This document shows, piece after piece, positions 1-9,212 of a DNA stretch of 64,000 bases (positions are counted from its first letter, which is position 1; the number at the start of each line of letters is the position of its first letter). The DNA comes from Epithemia pelagica (lineage: Eukaryota; Protista; Bacillariophyta). The DNA lies in assembly GCA_946965045.2 (NCBI GenBank), contig OX337233.1:3596001-3660000 (forward strand). The letters are read 5' to 3'. The position numbers were made by a program, and so were the translations under genes. Below the pieces are notes generated by a model. It was given only the letters and a program-made list of their open reading frames with translations, did no database searches and had not been told where the DNA came from.

Positions 1-661
1 AAAAGAATGTCGGCATGCTCGCGAAACTATAAATTTGGCCACGGCATGCTCGCAGTGCACGCGTTATCGGCGACCGCTCGGATATTAACTATGGCCCAAC
101 ACGTGCGCGCCCAAAACTATCAAGTGCGCGCCTCTACTATCCGAGTACGCGCATCCACGATTCGACCTAACGGTCTATGTAATCAAAGCACGAATCACGA
201 TCACGCGAGACCATATCTCTGTTCCCACAAATCCAAGAATGCAAACAGCAACGCGCCCAGGACAAGACTTATACCACGACAAAGCAAGAGCTGTTGCATC
301 CCATACATGTTATCCATCACCCTATACATTCAATATACACCAATGCCGGTCCACTCCAACCAGTGAGGACCTATCACACCAGATCCATGGCCGTATGCAA
401 GAGCCAGGACTTCGGCACCGTCAACCACCTTAGTTAGTAATCGTCTCACAATCAATAATATCACCATTTTAACACTCATCTTAAGACTTACCTCTTATCA
501 GTGGACCGACTGCCCCCACCCACGGCGGACCTCGACTTGCAACTCTTCTCTGACCCGTGGAGGATTGTTGTATCGGTTGGTGATTCGATTGTCGGCTCAG
601 CGAGCCTTTTACCTATCCTAACTATCTGTCTAACCCCTGTTGAATCGAGAGAAGTTTATCA
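1..661 (+). repeat. 5' LTR of family A (partial)
   Basis: Identical by eye to 7563-8223; ends ...GAAGTTTATCA at 661. Contains an imperfect 21-bp-period triple repeat at 103-165 (GTGCGCGCC... units). Confidence 0.96.
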
Positions 662-675
662 GATTAACAGTCTCA
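662..675 (+). promoter_or_regulatory. Primer-binding site, putative half-tRNA-Asn(GUU) type
   Basis: GATTAACAGTCTCA directly follows the LTR-terminal CA. Its reverse complement TGAGA-CTGTTAA-TC reads as an anticodon stem, a 7-nt loop with GTT, and 2 nt of the 3' stem. Confidence 0.7.
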
Positions 676-699
676 TCGTTTATTTCCGAGAAGCTTTCG

Positions 700-1455
700 A
701 TGTCTCACGACGATTCCAACCTCTCTATTCGACACATCTTTCATTCCTTCCAACAAAGCGGGGAGGAACTCCATCCACCCGTGGCCCATCCGGGCGAGCC
801 CTTGATTGAAACTCCGAAACCGACCCCGACTCAGGCCAGTGCTCCGAATCCCTTCCAGACCCCGGACCAAGTGGTCCAGCCTCCTTCGATCCCGACTCAA
901 CCTTCGACTCCGCCTCGCCGTTTGAACCCTACTCGCACCCGACGTACGAGCCGTCTTCTTACTGCGCATATCCGACACTTCCACGAGCCGACTGAGTCGA
1001 CTACCGACCCCGACGTGATCCGTTCCACAACCGAACGCGAGATCGATTTCCAGTCCGTCCAACCCGTGACTGACCTTGAGGACATCCAACGACTTCTCGA
1101 CCTCTTGAACCAGTGCTCGAGACGCCGTTTCATTGTCCAAGCCCTGTTGGGCAACCCTGTGGAACCCATCCGTATTCGATTCATCTCCTTTGAACGTCCA
1201 ACCAACTACTTCCACACCATCTGGATCGTCAACTCGACGACGAATCCGCTACCTACCCCGACTACTCGTCTCGACGAGTACGTCTCCTTTGTTCACGAGA
1301 TCCATCTCTGCCAGGATTTCCGTGCGACTATCTACCCTCTCTTCACTCAACACGTGAACCACTTGTTGGAAGACGACGACGTTGAAGAACTAGCCACTAC
1401 AGTGACCGATTCCGCATCTCGTCTTCAGTACCGAGCCGAAAGTGACCAAGAATAA
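700..1455 (+). CDS. Extra ORF upstream of gag (ORF0), 251 aa, unknown function
   Basis: ATG at 700 lies within track ORF 640-1455, inside the element between PBS and gag. Pro/Thr-rich N-half, globular-looking C-half. Confidence 0.6.
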   Translation: MSHDDSNLSIRHIFHSFQQSGEELHPPVAHPGEPLIETPKPTPTQASAPNPFQTPDQVVQPPSIPTQPSTPPRRLNPTRTRRTSRLLTAHIRHFHEPTESTTDPDVIRSTTEREIDFQSVQPVTDLEDIQRLLDLLNQCSRRRFIVQALLGNPVEPIRIRFISFERPTNYFHTIWIVNSTTNPLPTPTTRLDEYVSFVHEIHLCQDFRATIYPLFTQHVNHLLEDDDVEELATTVTDSASRLQYRAESDQE

Positions 1456-1789
1456 GTAACTTTACGTAGTTTCTACACCAAACCAGACACAAGACCGAGT
1501 TCCGTCCAAGACTCAAACTCAACGCACATCCGGGTACCCTTGGTCGCACAACACGCCACACATTCCCGTCAAATCGCGAAAATTCGGCGAAAATTTGTTG
1601 AAACTCGGCGAAAATTTGTCGGAATCAACGGAAATTTCCAGGAGTCGCACATCACAACACACATCCGGGTATCACATACGTGGTACATACGTGGCACACG
1701 TGGTACATCCGGGTTCACATCACATCACACATTAAATAAACCACATCACACCGCACATTAAATAAACATCGAACCAACCAAATAACATC

Positions 1790-4700
1790 ATGGAAGCGAC
1801 ACCTCCCAAGACACCGTTTACTCCTCCTGAGGACAAGTCAAGTCATATAACCGACCAAGATCTCTTCGACCATATAACTAAAGGCATCTTTGGTTGTAAT
1901 GATGAACGAGCCCAATCACTTCAAAAGTGGATGCGACATCATGGTTTTGAACATATCCTTCATGTCCTCGACCATGTTGCAACTGATCCCGAGGAGACAC
2001 TCAAGGATCTCATGCAATACAAGGTTGGAAAGCAAGTCAACGACCTCCAGACAAGTACAAGATTACAACTCAAACTAATGGCATATTGGTTACTACAACA
2101 ACGGCAACTCCAACATGGAAAACTACCCCGTGCTACATGGATGAACCTCACGAGGGACCAATATGACGATTGGAGGATCAACACCGACTTTACCAAGTCT
2201 GGTATGAACCAAGACCCAGTTTCTCCTCTGAAATCACCTGCACACTCCGTATCATCCCGATCTCCCACTACATCCTCTACAACATCTCAATCCATGTTAG
2301 ATCTCTCTGCTTTCAAGAAAGGAACCAAAAGAGATGCAACAGCATTTGAATCATTCAAAGATGAACGATACTTTGATTCGTTTTGGCGTGTATTCAAATC
2401 AACTGCGAAAGCACAAGGATTGTCGAATGTTCTTGATTTCAATTACAAGGTACCCAAGGATGACGAATGCGCAGAGTTACTTTTCCGAGAACAACAAGTC
2501 TTTGTCTATTCTGTACTTGTACGTATTATCCAAACCGACCAAGGAAGAGCATACGTTCGAGAACATGAACATGATGAAGATGCAAGAGCCGTCTTGAAGA
2601 AACTCCATGTTCTACACACTGAATCTGATCTAGCTAAGCGAGAAGTGTTACGCCTAACAAGCTACATTTCGAATCTTCGACTGGATGACTCTTGGCGTGG
2701 TACAACTCGTCAGTTTCTCCTACATTTCCAAGAACAGCTACGACTTCTGGATAACCTTGTACCACTGTCGGATCGTATCCATGACCATACAAGGATGACC
2801 TTCCTTATGCAAGCTGTTGAAAAAGTACCTGATTTAAGACGAGTCAAGATCTTGGATAACGTTGTCAACACAAAATCTGGAGCCAAGTCTCTCTGTTATC
2901 AATCATATTTCCGCCTGCTTCTTGATGCTGCTTTTGACCATGACCAAGCTACCCGAACTTCTGCGTCTAACCGCCGTCGTCATGTAAAGCAACATGAATT
3001 TCAGTTGGATGAACCTTTTGAACCAGTGGAGTCCCCTGACTACCAGATCAACAACACGAATATCCAATCCGAAAAGTCCCCAACTTCGTCGAAAATCAGC
3101 CTTCCAAGAGATGTATGGTTTAAACTCTCTGAAGAGGATCGGCAAATCATTGTCGACTTCAATAAATCCGTCCAAGATTCCCCGACAACTCCACGCAAGG
3201 TCCAAACACATTCTCTTGACATTGATCCTGAACCGGACCCTGATCCTGATGCCAACAACGTTGGTGATACCCATCAAGATGCACCAGAACAAGATCCATT
3301 CGATACATCCTCTGATCCGGTTACCCAGTTCGTACACCAGGCTATTGCATCGACAGATATCAATCATCCAGCATCTGACCTCAGCAACATCTTGTCAACT
3401 TCTACGACAAAGTCAAGTCCTAAAGTCAAGTTCAAGTCTTCTGCCGATCACAAGCAAAAGGTTCATATGTCACGGTATCTATTCTCCCGCAAATCCACCT
3501 TTTCTGGTAATCAACTCATCGATCGAGGTGCCAATGGAGGCCTTGCAGGATCTGACATGCGCATCCTTGCCAAAACCGGACGTCATATTACCATCGTAGG
3601 TATTGACAATCATGAATTGACTGGCCTTCCAGTTGTTACCTGTGCTGCCAAGTTTGATACAAGTGATGGACCCATTATTGGTATCTTCAATGAGTATGCC
3701 CACTATGGAAAGGGTTTATCTATCCATGCCCCAGCGCAATTTGAACATTTCGGCCTATCTGTCGACGAACGATCCGTCAAGGTTGATGGCAAACAACGCA
3801 TTACTACCCTTGATGGACGTGCATTGCCCTTACGAATCAAGGATGGCCTTGCATACATTCAATCTCTGGGAATCCCTTCTGATGACGATATGGATAAATA
3901 TCCGCATATTGTATTCACTTCACCCCATATCTGGGATCCTTCTGTACTTGACCATACCCATCCAGACCCCCATCAAGACCCTGCACCGAACTGGACATCT
4001 GTGGAGACTGATGGTAGTATGGAAACGTACCCCTATGACCAATATGGGGAGTATACCGATCGCGTTGTATGCACTTTGAATCTCCTCCTTGATCTCCCAT
4101 ATGATCATGGCCCCGATACACCTTCCTTCTTTTCCATCTATGCTGATCAAGATGGCAACGACCCCACACTTCATGCGTCTGTCCACAAGCTCTACAAGGA
4201 ACAATACGACTGGAAGAAATTTCGCCCTTTCTTTGGGTGGCAATCGGAAGATGTAATCGCAGATACGTTCAAGCATACAACTCGTCATGGACACATTTCC
4301 TTTGACCAGGATACCTTGAAGAAACATTTTAAGGCCCGGAATCCTATCCTTAACCTACCACGACGGCATGAACCCGTTGCCACTGACTCCATCTTCTCCG
4401 ACACCCCGGCTGTTAACCATGGTGGCAAGATTGCTCAGATTTTTGTTGGTCGTGATACTTTGGTTACTGACATTTATGGTATCAAGTCTACCAAGCAATT
4501 CGTCAATACCCTCCAGGATAACATTCGTACACGTGGTGTCATGGAGACTTTGATCAGTGATGGTGGTTCGTCACTTATTTCCCACAAGGTCAAGGATATT
4601 CTTCGCACCCTTCTGATTGGTGAATACCGTTCCGAGCCCTATCATCAACACCAGAACAAAGCTGAGAACCGCTACCAGACCGTTAAGCGTATGACCAACG

Positions 4701-7471
4701 CTATCATGAATGCCTCTGGTTGCCCTGCTTCTGCATGGTTACTTTGTTTAGAATATGTGTGTGACCTCCTCAATCACACTTCCTCTCCCACCCACTCTGG
4801 CCGCACCCCTCTTGAGGCTCTTACCGGTACCCCACCCGACATTACCCATCTCCTTTTCTTTCCTTTCTGGGATGAGGTCTACTATCGTGTCGACCCTTCT
4901 GAACCTACCTCCGGTTCTTACCCTTCGTCTCCCGACGAGAAGCTTGGCCACTGGGTTGGTTTTGCCCACAATGTTGGTGATGCCTTTACTTGGAAGATCC
5001 TCACTGCCGACAACGTCATCATCTACCGTTCCGCTGTCCGTCGCGTTGCCTCCACTACCCCCAACCTTCGTGTGGATATCTCTTCAGGGGAGGAGTCGCC
5101 GCATAAACCCACTGACAAGCAAGGTGACACTGTCTTTATTCGCAGCAGAAGTGAAGACCCATCCACACCTATGCCAACAATTGACTATGACGATTTAGTT
5201 GGACGCACATTCCTTTGTGACACTGAAGAGAATGGGGAGCGCCACCGAGCACGAGTAATCAAACGAGTTGTCGACCTGGAACAAGATGCAACCAAACAAG
5301 AAGATCGACTCAAATACATCTTTCGCAAGTCTAACTCCAATGTTGATGAGATGATCTCCTACAACCAGCTCATGGAATACATTGAAAGGGATAATCAAGC
5401 CCAAACGACAGGGGATAGTCTCTTCCGATTCAGAGACGTTATTGCACACCAAGGACCTTTGAACTCAAGCGACCCAGACTATAAAGGGAGTAAATATAAT
5501 GTCCTTGTTGATTGGGAGACTGGGGAGACGACATACGAACCTCTATCTCTTATTGCAAATGATGACCCCATCACAGTCGCCATCTATGCCAAGAAAAATG
5601 GTTTGCTGGATCTACCTGGATGGAAACATCTCAAGCGATACGTCAAGACAAGCAAAAGACTCATTCGAGCAGCTAAACAATCCAGGATCAAACAAGTTCG
5701 TCGCTCTATCAAGTACAAGTTTGGTTTCCAAGTACCTCGCACCTATGAAGAAGCAGTGGAACTAGACAAGCAGTTTGGGAACACGAAATGGCAAGACGCA
5801 ACAGAATTGGAACTCTCACAGATCCAATCGTATAACACTTTCAAGAACCATGGAAAAGCCAAGTTCATTAATGGGAAATTGGCCAATGCACCAGAAGGAT
5901 ATCATAAGATAAGAGTACATCTGGTCTTTGATGTCAAGCATGACGGAAGGCACAAGGCACGACTTGTCGCAGATGGACATCTCACCAAGGAACCCGTTAA
6001 GACCATCTATTCAGGGGTTGTCTCCATTCGCAACCTTCGCATTGCCATATTTCTTGGAACCATGAACGACATGGAAATATGGGGAGCAGATATTGGGAAC
6101 GCATACCTAGAAGCATTGACAGGAGAGAAGATTTTCATCATTGCAGGACCAGAGTTCAAGGAGTTAGAAGGACATATCTTGATCATCTACAAGGCATTAT
6201 ATGGTCTCAAATCCTCAGGTGCTCGCTGGCATGACAAACTGTTTGATGTTCTCATTGATATGGGATTTTCTCCAAGCAAGGCTGACCCTGATATTTGGAT
6301 GAAGAAGGCTCCTGGAGAAGACTGTTATGAATATATCGCTGTATATGTTGATGACTTAGCTATCGTTGCCATGGACCCTGAAGCTGTCTGCAAGATCTTT
6401 ACAGAAAAATACAACTTCAAACTCAAAGGAGTCGGACCTATCGAGTATCATTTGGGGTGTCGTTATACCAAAGATCCAGACGGTACACTTGTGTCTGACC
6501 CACGAAGGTACATCGAGAAGATGATGGATACCTATGAACGATTGTTCAATGAGAAACCCAAGAAAGCAAAGCCGCCAGTCATTGCTAACGATCATCCTGA
6601 ACTCGATGACTCTGAGCTCTTAGATGAAGAAGGGACCCAGCATTTCCAGACTCTTATTGGACAACTGCAATGGCTAATTACCATTGGCCGTTTTGATGTC
6701 TTTCCTGCTACCATGACTCTATCAAGGTTCAGAGCTGCTCCAAGGATTGGTCATTTGAAGCGAGCTAAGCGCATCTATGGATACCTCATGTCATTTCCTG
6801 ATGGGTCTATCAGATTCCGCACTGGGGAGCCAGATTTATCAGCTTTACCTATCCAAGAATACGATTGGAGTCGTACTGTATACATGGACGCCAAGGAACG
6901 TATCCCTGAGGACTGTCCAACCCCACTTGGGCGTTTTGTGACAACTATACATTATGTCGACGCAAATCTCATGCATGATATTGTTACTGGGAAAGCAGTT
7001 ACAGCCATCCTGCATTTCGTAAATGGTACACCCGTGGACTGGTACAGTAAGCGACAAGCCACAGTGGAAACAGCCACGTATGGATCTGAATTTGTTGCCG
7101 CAAGGACTGCAGTTGATCAGATCACGGAGCTACGCCTTACACTCCGATACTTGGGAGTCCCTCTGCGAGAGAAGAGTTACATGTTTGGAGATAACCGCTC
7201 TGTCGTTATCAATAGCACCACACCACACTCAATCATCTCCAAGAGGCACCATCTCCTATCCTATCACCGAGTCCGTGAAGCTATCGCTGCAAAGTACGTC
7301 GCATTCTACTGGAAAGATGGAAAGACAAACCCAGCTGATATCCTCAGTAAACATTGGGAATTCGCCGCAGTTTGGCCCATGCTCAGATCTTTGTTATTCT
7401 GGAGAGGAAAAATCCAGGAAAGTGATGAGGGAATTGACAATCCTCATTCGACGAATTGTGGGGAGTGTTAG
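1790..7471 (+). CDS. Copia Gag-Pol polyprotein (gag, protease, integrase, chromodomain-like segment, RT, RNase H)
   Basis: Protease LIDRGANGG; integrase ATDSIFSD / LISDGG / NKAENRY; RT KARLVADG, GADIGNAYL, KALYGLK, VYVDDL; RNase H YVDANL, TYGSEFVAAR, MFGDN, NPADILSK. No internal stops. Confidence 0.97.
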   Translation: MEATPPKTPFTPPEDKSSHITDQDLFDHITKGIFGCNDERAQSLQKWMRHHGFEHILHVLDHVATDPEETLKDLMQYKVGKQVNDLQTSTRLQLKLMAYWLLQQRQLQHGKLPRATWMNLTRDQYDDWRINTDFTKSGMNQDPVSPLKSPAHSVSSRSPTTSSTTSQSMLDLSAFKKGTKRDATAFESFKDERYFDSFWRVFKSTAKAQGLSNVLDFNYKVPKDDECAELLFREQQVFVYSVLVRIIQTDQGRAYVREHEHDEDARAVLKKLHVLHTESDLAKREVLRLTSYISNLRLDDSWRGTTRQFLLHFQEQLRLLDNLVPLSDRIHDHTRMTFLMQAVEKVPDLRRVKILDNVVNTKSGAKSLCYQSYFRLLLDAAFDHDQATRTSASNRRRHVKQHEFQLDEPFEPVESPDYQINNTNIQSEKSPTSSKISLPRDVWFKLSEEDRQIIVDFNKSVQDSPTTPRKVQTHSLDIDPEPDPDPDANNVGDTHQDAPEQDPFDTSSDPVTQFVHQAIASTDINHPASDLSNILSTSTTKSSPKVKFKSSADHKQKVHMSRYLFSRKSTFSGNQLIDRGANGGLAGSDMRILAKTGRHITIVGIDNHELTGLPVVTCAAKFDTSDGPIIGIFNEYAHYGKGLSIHAPAQFEHFGLSVDERSVKVDGKQRITTLDGRALPLRIKDGLAYIQSLGIPSDDDMDKYPHIVFTSPHIWDPSVLDHTHPDPHQDPAPNWTSVETDGSMETYPYDQYGEYTDRVVCTLNLLLDLPYDHGPDTPSFFSIYADQDGNDPTLHASVHKLYKEQYDWKKFRPFFGWQSEDVIADTFKHTTRHGHISFDQDTLKKHFKARNPILNLPRRHEPVATDSIFSDTPAVNHGGKIAQIFVGRDTLVTDIYGIKSTKQFVNTLQDNIRTRGVMETLISDGGSSLISHKVKDILRTLLIGEYRSEPYHQHQNKAENRYQTVKRMTNAIMNASGCPASAWLLCLEYVCDLLNHTSSPTHSGRTPLEALTGTPPDITHLLFFPFWDEVYYRVDPSEPTSGSYPSSPDEKLGHWVGFAHNVGDAFTWKILTADNVIIYRSAVRRVASTTPNLRVDISSGEESPHKPTDKQGDTVFIRSRSEDPSTPMPTIDYDDLVGRTFLCDTEENGERHRARVIKRVVDLEQDATKQEDRLKYIFRKSNSNVDEMISYNQLMEYIERDNQAQTTGDSLFRFRDVIAHQGPLNSSDPDYKGSKYNVLVDWETGETTYEPLSLIANDDPITVAIYAKKNGLLDLPGWKHLKRYVKTSKRLIRAAKQSRIKQVRRSIKYKFGFQVPRTYEEAVELDKQFGNTKWQDATELELSQIQSYNTFKNHGKAKFINGKLANAPEGYHKIRVHLVFDVKHDGRHKARLVADGHLTKEPVKTIYSGVVSIRNLRIAIFLGTMNDMEIWGADIGNAYLEALTGEKIFIIAGPEFKELEGHILIIYKALYGLKSSGARWHDKLFDVLIDMGFSPSKADPDIWMKKAPGEDCYEYIAVYVDDLAIVAMDPEAVCKIFTEKYNFKLKGVGPIEYHLGCRYTKDPDGTLVSDPRRYIEKMMDTYERLFNEKPKKAKPPVIANDHPELDDSELLDEEGTQHFQTLIGQLQWLITIGRFDVFPATMTLSRFRAAPRIGHLKRAKRIYGYLMSFPDGSIRFRTGEPDLSALPIQEYDWSRTVYMDAKERIPEDCPTPLGRFVTTIHYVDANLMHDIVTGKAVTAILHFVNGTPVDWYSKRQATVETATYGSEFVAARTAVDQITELRLTLRYLGVPLREKSYMFGDNRSVVINSTTPHSIISKRHHLLSYHRVREAIAAKYVAFYWKDGKTNPADILSKHWEFAAVWPMLRSLLFWRGKIQESDEGIDNPHSTNCGEC

Positions 7472-8223
7472 GATTCTCACCGAAAACTAGGTGGCGAAAC
7501 CTACAACTCATCGAATGATGCTAGTATTTTATGGCATCCGATGACATTTTCCTAAAAGTGAGAAAAGAATGTCGGCATGCTCGCGAAACTATAAATTTGG
7601 CCACGGCATGCTCGCAGTGCACGCGTTATCGGCGACCGCTCGGATATTAACTATGGCCCAACACGTGCGCGCCCAAAACTATCAAGTGCGCGCCTCTACT
7701 ATCCGAGTACGCGCATCCACGATTCGACCTAACGGTCTATGTAATCAAAGCACGAATCACGATCACGCGAGACCATATCTCTGTTCCCACAAATCCAAGA
7801 ATGCAAACAGCAACGCGCCCAGGACAAGACTTATACCACGACAAAGCAAGAGCTGTTGCATCCCATACATGTTATCCATCACCCTATACATTCAATATAC
7901 ACCAATGCCGGTCCACTCCAACCAGTGAGGACCTATCACACCAGATCCATGGCCGTATGCAAGAGCCAGGACTTCGGCACCGTCAACCACCTTAGTTAGT
8001 AATCGTCTCACAATCAATAATATCACCATTTTAACACTCATCTTAAGACTTACCTCTTATCAGTGGACCGACTGCCCCCACCCACGGCGGACCTCGACTT
8101 GCAACTCTTCTCTGACCCGTGGAGGATTGTTGTATCGGTTGGTGATTCGATTGTCGGCTCAGCGAGCCTTTTACCTATCCTAACTATCTGTCTAACCCCT
8201 GTTGAATCGAGAGAAGTTTATCA
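7466..8223 (+). repeat. 3' LTR of family A (758 bp)
   Basis: Starts TGTTAGG after the purine tract and ends TTTATCA; matches 1-661 and, inverted, 62547-63304. Confidence 0.97.
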
Positions 8224-9212
8224 AGGGGCAATTCATTTTACTTTAGGGAAATGTATGGAGTCTTAATCTCGTTGGGCCGGAAGTGCCACCGAGAAGTGGA
8301 AACGTGAAGCACGGGCTACTGCGGCTGCAATTTTGTTGAGGTGGAGCTCGTATTGGAAGGCCAGAGAAGGGCCGGCTGTCTTGGTTCCATGTCCTGTTAA
8401 ATGTTCTCTGATAGTGTATCGCATTTACAGCGACTCAGACGCGTCTCATAAAACTCTCTATCGCGATTCACAGTTCATCGTTTATGTTCTATAGAACCAC
8501 GTTTATCAGATGACCTCTGGAGAGTGACAATATCGTATGTACCAGCAGCTCGAATTGTGGCTGTCCATCGATCGTAGGGATGGTTTAGAAATAATAATGA
8601 TGTACAAAGTACAAAGCGTATTGATTATTGATTGTAGCAATTGATTTCACGATAAACACCATACAACCCATCGCTACTGTCATCGAAAGTAGTCCTGTAT
8701 CTTCAAGATTCAGTTGAGAATGCCCGGTACTATTCTGAGATCACAACCCTCGTCGGACAAACTACCAAATGTCGCGAAAGAGGAGGTGTGAAATGGATCT
8801 GGAAAGGGGGTGCGATCGGATCGGCGCCCCACAGTCCTTCCGTCGTCCGGATAGAGGCTCTACGTGCGTGTATGTCGGTCGACCGGTCGAACGACGACGA
8901 CGATGATGTGTGATTGTGATGGCACAACAATAGAAAAGGATTCTCTGTTGGAGATATAGATTGAGGAAGGAAGGAAGAAGAAGAATCCCATTGGCAACCC
9001 AAGATTGATTTGGCCATGCAAGCTACGCGGTGACTCGACTTGGCATTTCTGTAAACCAATCCTCTTGCTGCTGATACTTGTTCACTTTCATGAAGAGAAA
9101 GCGATGGACCACCCGAGGGAGTTCTCGTCCGGAACCAGAGCATCCACAACCAGGTCATGTACCAAACAGCTGCTACTTTTATGATGGGAGGAATGGTCGA
9201 TTCATTGGTGCC

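Larger units (their letters stand above)
1..8223 (+). mobile_element. Ty1/Copia (CoDi-like) LTR retrotransposon, family A, apparently intact; 5' LTR cut by the window edge
   Basis: Direct repeats 1-661 and 7563-8223 (offset 7562). The full 3' LTR is TG...CA (7466-8223). Single 1893-aa ORF in Copia order PR-IN-RT-RH. Purine tract GGGGAG lies immediately before the 3' LTR. Confidence 0.97.

Noticed and set aside
7-433. 119-aa and 64-aa ORFs repeated at 7569, 7801, 62775 and 62842
   Set aside because: They lie inside the LTR and recur only because the LTR does; no domain, and the RASTIR repeat simply reflects a 21-bp DNA repeat.
662-678. A tRNA gene at the anticodon-like sequence
   Set aside because: Only the complement of the anticodon arm is present, with no acceptor, D or T arms; no tRNA or rRNA gene was recognised anywhere in the window.
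640-699. Track start (TTG at 640) for ORF0
   Set aside because: It starts inside the LTR and crosses the PBS; ATG 700 is more plausible.
8224-8228. TSD for the family A copies
   Set aside because: The 5' ends of both copies lie outside the window. The visible flanks (AGGGG and AACCC on the element strands) differ, as expected for independent insertions.
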